Below, piece after piece: positions 39,303-52,436 of a DNA stretch of 64,000 nt. Location: positions 1,550,001 to 1,614,000 of the forward strand of contig NC_081332.1 in NCBI RefSeq assembly GCF_022539665.2. Reading direction: 5' to 3'. Numbering within the stretch: position 1 is the first letter of the stretch; the number at the start of each line of letters is the position of its first letter. The position numbers and the translations under genes are program-made. A model generated the notes under the pieces. The model did no database searches. It was not told the origin of the DNA and worked only from the letters and a program-made list of their open reading frames with translations. This DNA is from Daphnia carinata. Taxonomy: Eukaryota.

Positions 39303-39947
39303 TTTTTAATTTTTTTTTACGAAATAGCGTAATACAACAAAGCAGGGAATCTGAATTTTAGAAACTGCTTTGACACTGTGCGATACTCAACAACAACAAC
39401 TTTGTTATCTTGTTATTTAGAATCACGGGAGAAATCCCGTGAATGAAACCAACGTGAACAGTTGATGGGCACTGAATGATGGGGTGCGGGAAAAAAAGGT
39501 TCAATGCGTGATACTGTTTACCATGTAAACATTACCCAAAGCCATAAACAAAAATACATTATCGATATTGACTTACTATTTTGGAATCGCTGGAATACCC
39601 TTCAACGTGAACCCGGCACGTGAACAACTGGTGGACAACTAATGTCCGTTCCCTACGTGAAATTGTTTGATTTCCATAGATAGGACCTGATAAAACCACG
39701 CTTTTTGAAAACAGACATGTTACTTTGGAATCTCCGTTGACAGTTTTCTTTGATTTTCATTACGTCATTAAGCTCATTGATTTTCGCCTACCACATAGTA
39801 TAATTATTCATTATTAACTAGACTAAAATAAATATCAATAAGCAAAGTCAATGATCGTGATGTATATATTTTTTATTGTATTGTTTTTCGAATTCAATTG
39901 TTTTCAACAAATCTAATTCATACAACAATAAATGTTTAGAGGACTCT

Positions 39948-41481
39948 CTACAAAGGAAAAGTGACGGCACCAGCGTTTCCATTTTGATCCTTAATTCTGG
40001 CCATGCCGAAATTTTGTGCTTCCTGCGAGTCGGTGCAGTCCCCTTGTTCCAAATAATGCCAAGACCAAGCGCCCTGAAATCCGACCATAAAAACTATTAA
40101 CAATTTTAAAAAATTGCATCTTCTTGTTGTTCACCTGATAGCCATTATCGTAGACGTATTGAAACATGTTCCCGATATCATTTCTCTCAGAGCAAACTGA
40201 TGCGAATTCACCGACCACCAAAGGCTTGTCCAGTCCGTACGAAGAGCCCGTCACCTTTACAAGACATTTAATTGATCAAAGACTCAGTAGAAAACGCCAT
40301 TAAAAAATCGTACCTTGAATGGGGCATCGGGATTCCAGTTTTGGTTACCTGTGGCGTCTTTATTCGAATAGGTGTGCATCTGATAGAAATCCAATTTTCC
40401 CGAATTTCTATTGCCAGCGCCGGTCAAACACGAATCCTTATAATAGTTTCCTTATGAAGAAAATAGAAAGGTTATTATGCAAATCATTTTTTCAACGTAA
40501 AATTCGTGTAATATACTTGACTGGGCTTTGCTGTCCGTCTGGGCATGTTCCGACCAAGAACCAACAGTCACTAAACAAGCGCTGTTCACCTGTTTAACCG
40601 CATCCGCTTGCCAGTTGACGAACTTCAAAATGCTAAAATCAAACGATTCAATAGAAACGTTCATTACAATAAGAAAAATAATAAATTGTGTACTCACTTT
40701 TGCATGGGGATATTCGTATAGGCAAAGCCAGCACCTGTATCTTTCAACGGAGTTGTATCAAAACACGCATTGCTGTTGTACTGGTTATTCAATACCAATC
40801 CCTCAGGTTCGTTCATGATCTCCCAAGCAGCAAGAGCGGGATGATTGCCCAATGCGCTTACCATAGGCTAACAAATTAAGGTACCAATATTGTTCAAATT
40901 AAAAGCCAATCAAGAGGTGCGTGTACCTTTAAAGCGTTGTCAATGTAGGTCTGCAATTTAGAGTCATCGTAAAGCAAATTCAAAGCGTTATCTTTAGGTC
41001 TGACAGCTCCGTTCCATAACACGAAAACGACCATAAGATTCTTACTCTGCGCAAAATCCAAGAAAGAGCGCATATCGCTGATCATAGTTCCTGTATTGTC
41101 GGGACCTGTGACGTAACCATTGCTGTCGAACGCGGGTGTGTTAGCACCATCCACATGCAACCACATTCCTTGAAAAATATTTAAAAAACATTTGATTTTT
41201 CCATTTTATAATGAACTTTGTTTAGAAAGGTAATGTGATTTCTTACGGACTGAATTGCCACCGTTGGCGTCGATCTTAGTGAGCCATGACTCGAGGGTAG
41301 CTTTAGAATTTGCGGCATACTGACCGTTACCAAAATCGTAACCGTACGAGTTCCATGCGATGTTGACACCTGACAAGAAAACCTTTTGGCCGTTGTAGTA
41401 AAAATCGCGGCCACTGACCGTCAGACGGCCGGCGCTCAGCGATACCCAACAGCAGAGCAATAAAGTAGCGAGTTTGAACAT
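39948..41481 (-). CDS. Endo-beta-1,4-mannanase, GH5; copy 2
   Basis: Same motifs (WEIMNEPEG, KPLVVGEF, GAWSW) and the same intron positions as copy 1. Confidence 0.9.
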
Positions 41482-42091
41482 GACGTAAATTCCTAACCTT
41501 TTATTTTTAGGCCACTGAATATAAAGCACGTCGAACGAAAAATGATTGGGAATATATTAAAATTCAGGAGTATTTATACAAGTCCCTGACGGCGATTTGC
41601 ATCTAACGAGTACGAGGGTTATCATCATCACCCATGATTTGTTCTCAAGTCCAAGGTGTGCAGTGCACGTGTACTGGGCTGTTTTAATGATCAGTGGGTT
41701 TTTTTTTATTATGTTTACTATTTTTCATTATCGGTATTCTTTCTTTCGTCTATCTGGTATATTCTAATTTTTTTTAAGAGCTCCAGTAAACAACGTTTAT
41801 CAGATAGGGGAGGTATAATCAGATATCGGTGTGTCCATAATGTTATATTTTTTAATCATCAGGATTTATTCCGTCAGACATTTAAGTTTATAACGCTGGT
41901 AATACTTAAACTAGGCGTTTTCCTCATTATGTGATTTTAATTCGCAATAATGTGCAAACCAATGAGCAATTTTTTATTCTCGGAAAAAGGTCAAGTTTGA
42001 ATAGTAACATTAGAACCTTTGTTTGGAAGTAATTGTCATAAAGAAGATGAAATTTCTACTTTTGAAATCAGAATATTAAATGTTGTTTCAC

Positions 42092-43596
42092 CTAGAATCC
42101 GACAGGGAAAGTGACAGCACCTGCGGCACCGTTTTGGCCTTTCAATTTGTTCATGCCACTATTTTGCGTCGCTTGAGTGTCGGAGCATTCTCCTCCAGCG
42201 TTGTATTGCCACGACCACACGCCCTGCGAACATTTCCAATAATTAAAGAATTTGCATTTCATCGGTCGAATTGAAATTAATACCTGGTAACTGTTGTCAT
42301 AAGCGTACTGGAACAAATTCTGAATTCCTTCATTTTGGGCGCAGACCGAAGCAAATTCTCCAATAACCAAAGGCTTGTCAAGTCCATAGGAAGTTCCAGA
42401 TACCTATATTATTAAATCAATTATTTAAAATGTTGTTTAAATTGATATGCGCATGCAAGTACTTTGAATGGAGCGTCGGCATTCCATTGCCCGTTGTAGG
42501 AGTAGGTGTGCATCTGATAGAAATCCAGTTTGCCATTCGCTCTGCCACCGCCAGCCACCAAACAAGAATCAGTGTAATAGTTTCCTATGTACACCACATA
42601 GATTTAATTTCTTTTAATTTTAAAGATGCAAATGACGTACTTGATTGACTCTTGGTGTCTGTCTGGGCATGTTCCGACCAAGAACCCAACGTGACTAGCG
42701 CAGCACTATTGGCTTGTTTCACACCATCGGCTTGCCAGTTGATAAACTTCAAAATACTGCGACATACAAACCAATGAAATCAATTTGAAAATCATTTGAA
42801 ATTTAAATTTAGAAATCTTACTTTTGCATAGGAATATAGAGATTAGTCCAGCCAGCACCGGTGTTTCTCAATGGTGTCGTATCGAAGCAGGGATTACCGT
42901 TGGCTTGATTATTGAAAAGGGATCCTTCCGGTTCGTTGATGATTTCCCAAGCAGCAAGAGCAGGATGATCGCCCAATGCGCTTACCATAGGCTTTTGGAA
43001 AAGAAATTAATAATTTAATTCATTTTAAAAATTTAGTAGAAGGATAGAACCCTACCTTTAGTGCGTTATCAATGTAACTCTGGAGTTTAACATCGTCCCA
43101 AAACAGATCAATGGTGTGTTGTTCTCTCAGGTAAGCTCCGTTCCACAGGACGAAGATCACTAAAATGTCCTTAGATTGTGCAAAATCAAGGAACGAACGC
43201 ATATCGTTGATCATGGTGCCTGTACTATCGGGACCCGTAACCATACCGTTGCTATCGAATGCAGGTGTGTTTGCACCTTCCACATGCAACCAGATACCTT
43301 TGAAGAAGAAATTTAAGCACCTTAAAAATTAAGCCAAAAATGAATGACTTGGAGGACTTACGAATTGAATTGCCGCCGTTAGTGGAGATCTGCGTGAGCC
43401 AAGTTTCCAAAGTCGATTTAGAGTTGGCAGTGTATTGGCCATTGCCGAAATCGTAACCGTAAGAGTTCCATGCGATGTTGGCACCCGACAGGAAGACCTT
43501 CTGGCCGTTGTAGTAAATATCGCGGCCACTGGTCGTCAAACGACCGGCGCTCAGCGACGCCCAACAGCAGAGCAAAAGGCCGAGTAGTTTGAACAT
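42092..43596 (-). CDS. Endo-beta-1,4-mannanase, GH5; copy 3
   Basis: WEIINEPEG, KPLVIGEF, GVWSWQY and signal peptide MFKLLGLLLCCWASLSAG. Confidence 0.9.
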
Positions 43597-44134
43597 TCTT
43601 TTCGGATATGCAAACGAACCCAATCTACGATGAATTTTTGTTTCATTCTTTATATACTTGCTGGAGGACTATAACTTGCAAGTAAACATAGTCGTCATCA
43701 ATAAGCAAATGCGTTTAACGCCCAAATGTTATCTAACGTCGCATTTTGAATAAGAACCAATCGTAACGCACCGTGTTAATTCGTTTTTATTTTGCTCTTT
43801 ACGTGGGTTGTAATTGTTGACGTCAATCGGTATGCTCTACGTAGGCATTATATTAAATCCTTAGTAAGACAGTGGAAGTTGAAAATAAGATTTATGTCTT
43901 TACTGCGGTACGAATAGCTTCTATGTTCTCCAGACATTTTTATGTAATAGCGAGATCTAAGATAGTAACGGTTTATTTACTCCGACTCTTTATGGCGCTG
44001 TATCAATTGAGTTAGCATTGAAACAAACACTTCAAACAAACGTCAATTAACAATTCTTTATTCAATTTGCCATCGTTTATCGCCAATTTGCTATACAGGA
44101 ATAAACTTAAAATGTATCACGTTTCATAAAAAGG

Positions 44135-47100
44135 CTAAACGAGTGAAGCCTCGCTGTCAGCTCCAAGGATAATTCCAAATTTACTTAAGGATGAGTTGCC
44201 TGGAAAAAATAAAATATTAAAAACTGCATCATATTGTCATACAGAAGGTAATTGCGTTATACTTGCGCTTGTTAATGTTTGCTCAGAATAAGACTTGGGC
44301 ATCTGTCCATCTCCCCGATAGGAAAGATTGTCCTTCATCACAAACATAATTCAGTTAAACATAAGACGTTTTTAAAGTTAAAGTTTCAAGTAAACCTTTG
44401 TCAATTGAGATGCGAGGTAAGATGGAGAAGATGCTAATGGTGTTTCGTCGTTATCTCCAAATCGCAACGTCTTCTTCGTCCTGTTCTCGCTGTTGCTCTT
44501 GTCAGGCGGATACGGAAAGAACTTACGTTGCGGAGGTGGAGGAGGAATTTTCTTAGGACTTGGGGTAACACTCATTGGTGGTGATGCATTGCTAGCCCTA
44601 TTGTCACCAAAACTTTGGCACATTTTTAAAGAAAAAATAGTTTAATTAAAGCAAATTCTCAATGTTTGATGGAAAGGTATCTCACCTGTAAGTAGGAAGA
44701 CCTGGTCGAATAGGTGGACGCTCATGAACTCCCGAATATGCCGGGGTTTCGATTCTTGCGGTCGTGAAAATCCTTTCAGGTTGTTGATAACTAGAAAATC
44801 AAGTTATTTTTTTGTTAAAGCTCTCCTAATACTTGAAAAACTGCACATACATGTCCGATCCAGCTGAGTAACTATTATCAGACCATCTGGTTGAAAAATC
44901 GTCGCTCAATCGTCGTGGGGACGGAGTTGAATTTGCGTGAAAATCCGGCACTTCTGGCTCGCTCTTTCTCGTTGCTTCTTTGCCATTCGGAGGTCTGAGA
45001 TCTAACGTCGTTTCTCCAATTTGAACCCAATCAGCAGCCATCGCTTTCCTCTTTCTAGCGTCTAGTAGACGACGGACGAAAGCAATGGCGATGGCTACGA
45101 GAAGGAGCAGACACACGCAAGCCAAACCGATTAAAAACCAAAACAATGCTGGAGGTAATTGCGTTACATCTTCTGGATCGATTGGAAAGATAGTGGCTGG
45201 AACGTAAACCGTGGCTATGTTGGATGCTTGGCCTTTATTGCCAACGGTATCCAATCCATAAACGCGATAATAAACGTTCTGGCTCTTGTTCGATTTGGGA
45301 ACATCAACCGTGTACGTCATTTTATCAAGAGATCCCGGTAAAGGTTGGATGGTCCCGTTAAAATAACTTATTTCTACACCGGGAGTTCCACCTTCTTCTC
45401 CAGTAATTGTAAACCATTTGACTGTTGAAAAAATTAAAGTAGAATCAATTGTTTGAAATATTTTGATTCGTCATTATCATTTTTACTATAATAAGAAGAT
45501 GATGCATCGTAATCGTCTTTTGGGCCAGTCCATTTCAACTCCACTGTTGCGTTGTTTGAATTAAAATTAAGGATAGCCAAGTTCGTGATTCGTCCAGGAG
45601 GCAAGACATCACGACCGTCATAAGGTTGTGTCAATTGAAAACTGCCTCCGTAAACGTAGCGATTAAAACTAGTCGAACGAGGTGTAGGTTGACTGGACGG
45701 AATCAAACTACCTGCCGACGGATGTCCATCGAAAATGCCTAGTTCCAAACATTCACTTTATAAAATGATTTAATTTAATTTCATCGACGTAGATAACCAG
45801 TGTCAACAGTCCCAGTGCCACCGAGGATCTCGAGAACATAAGAAAAGTGGGTTGAATAACGAGGTAAATTAATCAGCTGGGCAGAATAGATTCCATCGCC
45901 TTTGATCACGTCAGACGGATTGTTTTCGTTCAGAGTAACGCTGATGATTGCGTCTGTTGCGTTGTCACCGATTAAATGAACTACAGGACTCAAACCGCTA
46001 ACAGCTCTATGCTGTTCTGTCACTAAAGCGTAGACAATTACGCGTTCATTTGCCCAGTTAATCGGTTGATTCTGGAATGAGTTGGTCCAGCTCTCGACTT
46101 TGATAGGACTGATGGAATTAGCCTCGAACCAAACGTCCATCCGAACTGTACTTGACCCCTTGACTTTGATAAAGTAGGACCACGTCCCGCTCTATCCAAC
46201 GCATTAATTTAGAAATGAATCGAAAATTAAACGTAATAAACAAAACCTCGAAGGTGGTGATTTCACAATCTGCCGGGTACAAGTTTTCATTGATGTGCAG
46301 AATGGTACACTCTTCGTTTAGAGGGCTGACGAGAGATCCTGTTTGGAAATTCATAGAAAACCCACCTCCGAGAGGATAAAATGAGAACATCAAATTCGTT
46401 GCAGGTGAATCGAGTTGGAAGGTGCCGTTAGTCCATTCAGAAAGCAGGACCGTTCGTTCCTCAATCTGATTAGACATAAATATGATTCCATTTTTTTCGT
46501 TTTATCAAGAATTTCCTTCGTGTAAAACCGGATACCTTTGCTCGGTAGGAACGCGTTCTGCTGTAGACGGATTGCATTATATCAATCATCCACGTTTGGG
46601 GGTTCCAGTATTTCGTTCCCGGTACCATTGACGGTTTAGTCCATGTAGGAATCGAGTAGAGCCAACCGTCCCGCGCCAACGCCGAAAACAATTTAGACGT
46701 TTGAACGCTCAGCGCCAGAATGTGTGGCGCAATCAAATTACGCCGAAATTCTTCGACATAAACGCTGAAATTCGAAGGTACTTGCTGTGCACTTGTTACA
46801 ATTATAATTTCCATTCCTTGATGGCGGGACATCTGATATTTAAAGGTAAATTAATTCACAACAGCCAAAAGGTAAAAAACAATTAGGTATACCCGAACTG
46901 CGTTATCGAGAGCGAGACCCAGTGCTGCTGTACTGCCACTGGTTACTTGTATGTCATCTAGATGAGCCAGCAGCAAGTTTTTGTTCGTCATGTTGAGCAC
47001 AATCGGCGTTTGCACCTGTGAATAGCTATCGCTAAACGTGTCGACGGAAACGGTTAAACCATCGGGCAAGAACCAGATGAAATGCGAGACAGCAAACTTG

Positions 47101-48394
47101 GCATCTTCCATAAGATTATTGACCGCCTAAAATTCGTTTAAAATTAGGGGAATCAGAAAACATTTCAATTTGAATGGCTAATTTCTTATTTCAAACCATT
47201 CCAGAAGAAACGTCCAAAACGATGTGATAACCGCGATGGGTAACGGTGGCTACACTGAACCGTGTTTGATTGCAAGTCGTTGGTTGAGTATGGCTGGTAA
47301 TTTCAACACAAGGATCATATTGAGAGAATAAGCATTTGTACGTTTGAATTATTACTTGATAAAATCGTAATGGCTGTAGACAATTTCAGAAACGCTGCGA
47401 CCCCCACAAAGCCAATTCTGTTTAGTTGGAGGCGCTTTCAGGTGGTCGTCTTTGGTGCACAAACGATTGATCTGCATCGATCCCAAAATTAATATTTAAA
47501 AAAGATATGGAAAAGAATAAAAACTTGCGTACGTTTGGTAATTCCGTGCTAAACATGATGGAAGACGTGACGTTATTATTGTCGTAGCTGTTCTGCCATT
47601 CGCTATCGATAATTAGAATAGACTTAAAAGTTTAATTGTACACATAAGCATAAATAAACTTACTTTCCAAGCCATTCGCCTTTTAAAGGAACATTTGTAC
47701 AACTGGTCGGCAAGATGGAAGCTACCGTCTGTGTTATTTGATAGCCGTTCGGATATAAAGAATCGCCATTGATTCCAACCTCGTCATAGGCTCCATAACG
47801 ATAGTGGAACCATTCGTGCGCAATTGCAACACCTGAACAAAGCAGAATATGATCCAGATTGCAAAATCCCCAAAAATTGAAGCTTACCTTTAGCAGATAC
47901 TTCGTTAAGAAAATTGAGTGGTAGATGGACAGCCAACGAACTGACCCCACATCCACCGTACTGCAAACTGAATGGCCGGCTCCCGTAGACGGGATGATCT
48001 TGACCCACAATAAAATCCGCTTTGTGAATCCTCGGCCACGTAATGGAAGAGTCCACCACACAATTTCCATCGGCCGTCCAATGTAATGGCACCATTATAG
48101 TGACATTCCCCAGGTATGCCCGATTGTCTAGAGCTTTACACATGGCGTTGGAAGCATCTTGCATCATCACCTGTAACAGACAATATTACATTCCTTGAAA
48201 TGAAAATCAAATGTATCAATACTAACCTGAATCCTATCGATAATTTGGACGCAGTTGGTGCTGGGAACGTCGTCGCTAATACGCACTACTACATTTTCAT
48301 AACCTTGCTTGCCAAGTTTGGTGAAAGACGATTGTGCATTGATGGCCAGACATAAGACAGTCAAGCCAACGCCCAATGTCGTTTTGATAAACAT
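44135..48394 (-). CDS. CLCA-like protein, second paralog, with intact HExxH, TM helix and cytoplasmic tail; multi-exon
   Basis: QGYENVVVRISD, YLGNVTIMVPLHW, QYGGCG, HEWFHYRYGAYDE, KGDGIYSA, PPGRITNL..WTGP, TM LFWFLIGLACVCLLLLVAIAIAFV, and C-terminus SEASLV*. Confidence 0.88.
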
Positions 48395-49000
48395 ATTTCA
48401 CGCGCACGGGATGTAGATGCACTTTGCTACGTTCACGTTCAACACTCGGCCATTTGGATAGAAATGGCGACGTTCATAAAACACAAGAATTTGTTTTTCG
48501 TACAGGTCAACAATTAAAGATCACGCAATGTAACCTGAATGTTACGCAACACCGCCAGTGAACGATTAATAAAGATTTAGGACGGCGGTATCTTTTCGAG
48601 CATCTGATAAGCATCTCCGGACTCGTCGTTAATGCACGCGTTATCAATGTCACGATAACGCGTCAAGCTGTCAAATTGTGAACAATTTTTTCCTTAAATG
48701 GGCCCAACAGTCAACTAACCGCAAGGGGAATAAACGATGTAGTCAAGCGAGTCGAGTAAGAAAATAAAACTTGATAAACCTGAGTAACGGTCTAACGTGA
48801 CTGGATATCAAAAGCGGGTTATCACACAGAAAATACAATGAGACGAATAAATCTGGTATCTTTAAAAACTCCCCAGTTATACCAGGTCACCCTGTTAAAA
48901 AGATGTTGCGTTCAAAATCGTGACTTCTTTCATTGAAGTTTGTGTGCAAGAGACGAATGATCCGAAACGACGTCAGTTAGCGTCGAAACATTGGTCAAGG

Positions 49001-49510
49001 ATGGTGCCCATCGGCAAGGATAAAGAAGATGTCGATTCCAATAAACGACCCACTCCTTATTCGTTGCCATCGAAACCAATATGGAAGTCGTTAATTAACA
49101 GTACCCAGATCCTTCCGCACAAGTTACGTCCTTCCGAATTGAAAGCGTTTAACAAGCCGCCTCCGTTAGATAACATCAGTTCGATTTCACCTGAAACGGC
49201 CACAACATTCCCGGTTCCTATGCCGAGGAAAACTAGTTCCAGTGATTCAACGCCACAGACCCCAGTGCCTCTACCACGCACAATATTCAACTTACCACCA
49301 ATCGATCCGACGTCCGCCTTATTAGGGAGAAGCGCCAGCCTTCCAACCGAAAGCAAACCTCAAGTGAGGCCGAGATTAGTTCACAGCGTGTCCGATCCTT
49401 CCACTCGTCCAGTGAAAATTGATGATCCAGCACGGGTCCTTCCACAATCGCCTGGAACACCATCATTGGAAGAACTGAACGAAGAGGAAGACGGAGATAC
49501 TTGGCTTTAA
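49001..49510 (+). CDS. Intronless proline-rich low-complexity protein (about 169 aa) with an acidic Trp-containing tail
   Basis: Open ORF from ATG 49001 with PVPMPR and PVPLPR motifs, tail EELNEEEDGDTWL and AATAAA at about 49530. Confidence 0.55.
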   Translation: MVPIGKDKEDVDSNKRPTPYSLPSKPIWKSLINSTQILPHKLRPSELKAFNKPPPLDNISSISPETATTFPVPMPRKTSSSDSTPQTPVPLPRTIFNLPPIDPTSALLGRSASLPTESKPQVRPRLVHSVSDPSTRPVKIDDPARVLPQSPGTPSLEELNEEEDGDTWL

Positions 49511-49858
49511 AACTATTGTCATCTATTCAAAATAAATAGAAATTAGTTTTCTAATTTAATGCGTTTGTGTACAGTTTAAAAACATTAAATTTTCTTGTCC
49601 TTGTTTCTACACTGATATAAAGCCTATCGCGGTGATTTCGGAATCCTTGATATCTTTCAAAAGTAACGTCGTCATTGGTCACGAGATAATATAAACAAGT
49701 CTTACAGAATAAATAAGAACGAATGATACATAAGATAAGAAACAACTTACCATCGTTTCAAATTTTCCTTGTCGCAGTTTGAGACAAAGTGAAGCAAATG
49801 CGTCGTCTCCAACGGTCAACACCATTTGCATTGAAGAAACGTTTTAATTCAAGTTGGA

Positions 49859-50275
49859 ATGACAACCAGTTTAAGACAGCCACCCGTTCCACGTCCAAGA
49901 CAGTGTTGGAATAAAAGCCAGCAGACATCGATGCTGGACATACCCAGCAACGCAACGGAAACTCGCATTCAATTAAGCAATGACGACATATACCGGTTTC
50001 TTGGTAAACAATTTTGTCCGCCTCGAGCGCCCACGTCTGTCGACAATAGGAAATCGGTTATCAATCCAGTTCCAGCCGTGCCAACCGTTCCAGCAACCGC
50101 AAAAGCGCCGCCGAAACCACCTAGATCCATCAATTTGACTAACATCGGTAAAGCGCCCATACCACTTCCGAGGACCATGTTTCTGGCAGTTAGAACTCCT
50201 CCAAAGCTGCCCAGTCGACCGCCATTTGTGCGAGGTGATAAACAAATGCCATCGTTCGAAAGAATTTCAAATTAA
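49859..50275 (+). CDS. Intronless proline-rich protein (138 aa), probably related to the preceding ORF
   Basis: PPVPRPR, PPKPPR, PIPLPRTMF (compare PVPLPRTIF upstream) and PPKLPSRP. Confidence 0.5.
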   Translation: MTTSLRQPPVPRPRQCWNKSQQTSMLDIPSNATETRIQLSNDDIYRFLGKQFCPPRAPTSVDNRKSVINPVPAVPTVPATAKAPPKPPRSINLTNIGKAPIPLPRTMFLAVRTPPKLPSRPPFVRGDKQMPSFERISN

Positions 50276-50326
50276 ATGTCCCCATGTTCTACCTGTTTTC
50301 GGTAACAAATACAATGCCCAACTCAC

Positions 50327-51307
50327 CTGTTTGTTGGTTCAATCAAGTTGCAAACACATTCTGTATTCGATCCAAAAAATTAATTTACGCTAGCTAATAA
50401 TCGAAACAGGTTTTGCCATCCGTTTATTACAACAGATCCAATACCAAACATAATTCGAATAGACATTCAGACTTTCACACGAACTGATAAAGATATCCCA
50501 TTAAACAATATAAACAAACTTACCTGAAGCGATCGCGTCCGCCGAGTCCCCACCAACTTTGGAGCACCTAAATACATAACCGAAGTTACTGTATGCAAAT
50601 ACATTCTAAGCTCATGATCTCAAACACAAGCTCCCTCAGAACTAGCATTAATGACGGCTTTCGGCAGACTAGTCTGAATTGAGTTTTGCAGTTAACCAAA
50701 GCATCCCGCAACCCGCAAATTATACTCAAAAGGCAAGCCGCAGAAGCAGTTCCAATCGTACGTGGCCGTCTACACCTAGTCCGTTTTAAAGGACATCATG
50801 GGTCTAGTGACGTTCCAGTCGATATCCTTTCTATTCCCCTGCACCTTTACAGAAAGGCCGCCCGGCTAGAACGTACAGCTATACAACAAGCTCAGCTTTA
50901 TCTCAGACCTTCCCGAGAGTTCAAAATGAGCAATGGGATGCTCCGTGCGTGACCCCCACATGCGAGATTACCGTAAGCAGTTAAAGCCCCACTTTCATCA
51001 TAGGGAAGAAAGAGAACAAGAAAATGTGAAAGAAATTACCATCGATTAATCGTTGCAGAGAATAGACCCGCTTTCACCGAGGGAACATAACAAACCACGT
51101 ACAAGCAGTTGCCTGTGATCAAATTCAGAACATCATGCACACCTGCATAGAAGACAACCACATCATCTAGGAACAAGCAATATTTAAATTAAAGCTTATT
51201 GAGTTAAATTTTCATAGAAACCAATTACTACAACCATACACATCTATGTTAAATTCTAAAGCTAAGTGAAAATGTTGACTTACCTGTACGTCGTGGTTCT
51301 CGAGAAT
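50327..51307 (-). ncRNA. Putative spliced Pol II host transcript, probably non-coding, carrying the RPR in intron 2
   Basis: TATATAA at 51337-51331, Inr-like CCATTC with A at 51307, and exons 51307-51284, 51142-51040, 50567-50524 and possibly 50360-50327 with consensus splice sites. Only tiny ORFs are present. The 3' end is not defined. Confidence 0.55.
50650..50993 (-). ncRNA. Nuclear RNase P RNA (RPR), about 344 nt
   Basis: The minus strand contains CR-I GGGAAGGUCUGAGA (50914-50901) and CR-V AACUCAAUUCAGACUA (50685-50670), which form the P4 pairing GUCUGA/UCAGAC. The ends pair as P1 (AGUGG-GGCUUU with AAAGCC-G-UCAUU). Confidence 0.93.
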
Positions 51308-51907
51308 GGGTAAGAGTCTTGCGCAACGCCTTATATAGGTAACGGTTGTGCGAGGGGATGGGTGATGAAAGGTAAGCGGCAATGAAAAAGAACCCAAGGC
51401 GAAAACAGTTATTCCGAACTTGCCAATTTTACAAATATCGAAAAGCGAAAAGAAACGTAAGTCGTTGAAAAAGAATGCCATACATAAATAAAGTAATGGA
51501 ATTTGAATAGACATATAAGTTTACATACGTAATTTTTTATGGAATTTAAATGTATAATAATATCAATTTTTATTCAAATAATAAACTCATTTTGAAATTC
51601 CTCAAAATCAGGTGTAAATGTATCATCTTTATCTCGTTACAAAAGTTGGCTTTTGTTGCTGATGCAACTCATACAACAAAGATTTAAATATTGTTATGTT
51701 TTCCAGTTTTTTTCCCTTTCACTTCTTTCTGCATATTACGACGCCCGGAGCTAAAGACGAACGTTTTCTTGTGACGGATCCCATCACTTTCACGCAACCG
51801 CCGAATATAAAAAGATGCCAATGTCGGTACCAGCATCAAACACTTCCCTTCATCTGTTTACAGAAGATCAGCAGAGACATTCACCTGTTCAATCCCCCTC
51901 AAGAAAA

Positions 51908-52436
51908 ATGAAATTCGTGAGTATTTTATTTTCTTATTTCAGTCAATTTAATCATTCAACTAATTATTCAAATATTATCTGACTAGATCATCGCTATCGC
52001 TTTGTTGGCCGTGGCCCTCGCCGCACCCCAAGGAGATAAGAAGCCCATCGAAATCGTGTCATCCAACAGCGAAATGAACGCCGATGGCAGTTATTCTTTT
52101 GCGTGAGTCGATCTTCGTTTCACTTTTCCATTACGCCCTTAAAGTGCTCACTTCAATTTAATCTTATACGTTTAAAATAGTTTTGAGAGTGCCGATGGAA
52201 CCAAAGTTTCGGAGAGTGGCAGTCAGAAACAGGTGGGTCCTAAACCTGAAGATATTGGCACCGTTTCGAAGGGATCTTACTCTTACACCTCCCCCGATGG
52301 CGTTGTTCTCACCGTCAACTGGGTCGCCGATGAGAATGGATTCCAGGCAACAGGAGACCATTTGCCTACACCTCCACCGATGCCTGAACACGTCGTCAAG
52401 ATGCTCGCTGATTTGAGAGCTGCCGGTGTTCTCTAA
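51908..52436 (+). CDS. Cuticle protein, R&R (RR-1 type) chitin-binding domain, 3 exons
   Basis: MKF | signal peptide, DGSYSFAFESADG..GSYSYTSPDGVVLTVNWVADENGFQATGDHLPTPPP, and a TATA box near 51806. Confidence 0.93.

Noticed and set aside
41491..41500. CCTAACCT, a possible TTAGG telomerase template
   Set aside because: It is a single short match in the mannanase 5' region, with no supporting structure or promoter.
50686..50952. 88-aa + strand ORF
   Set aside because: It is antisense to the RNase P RNA and has no recognisable protein features.
51126..51137. ATGATG..CTGA resembling snoRNA C/D boxes in host exon 2
   Set aside because: The boxes are only a few nt apart and exonic, so they cannot form a C/D snoRNA.
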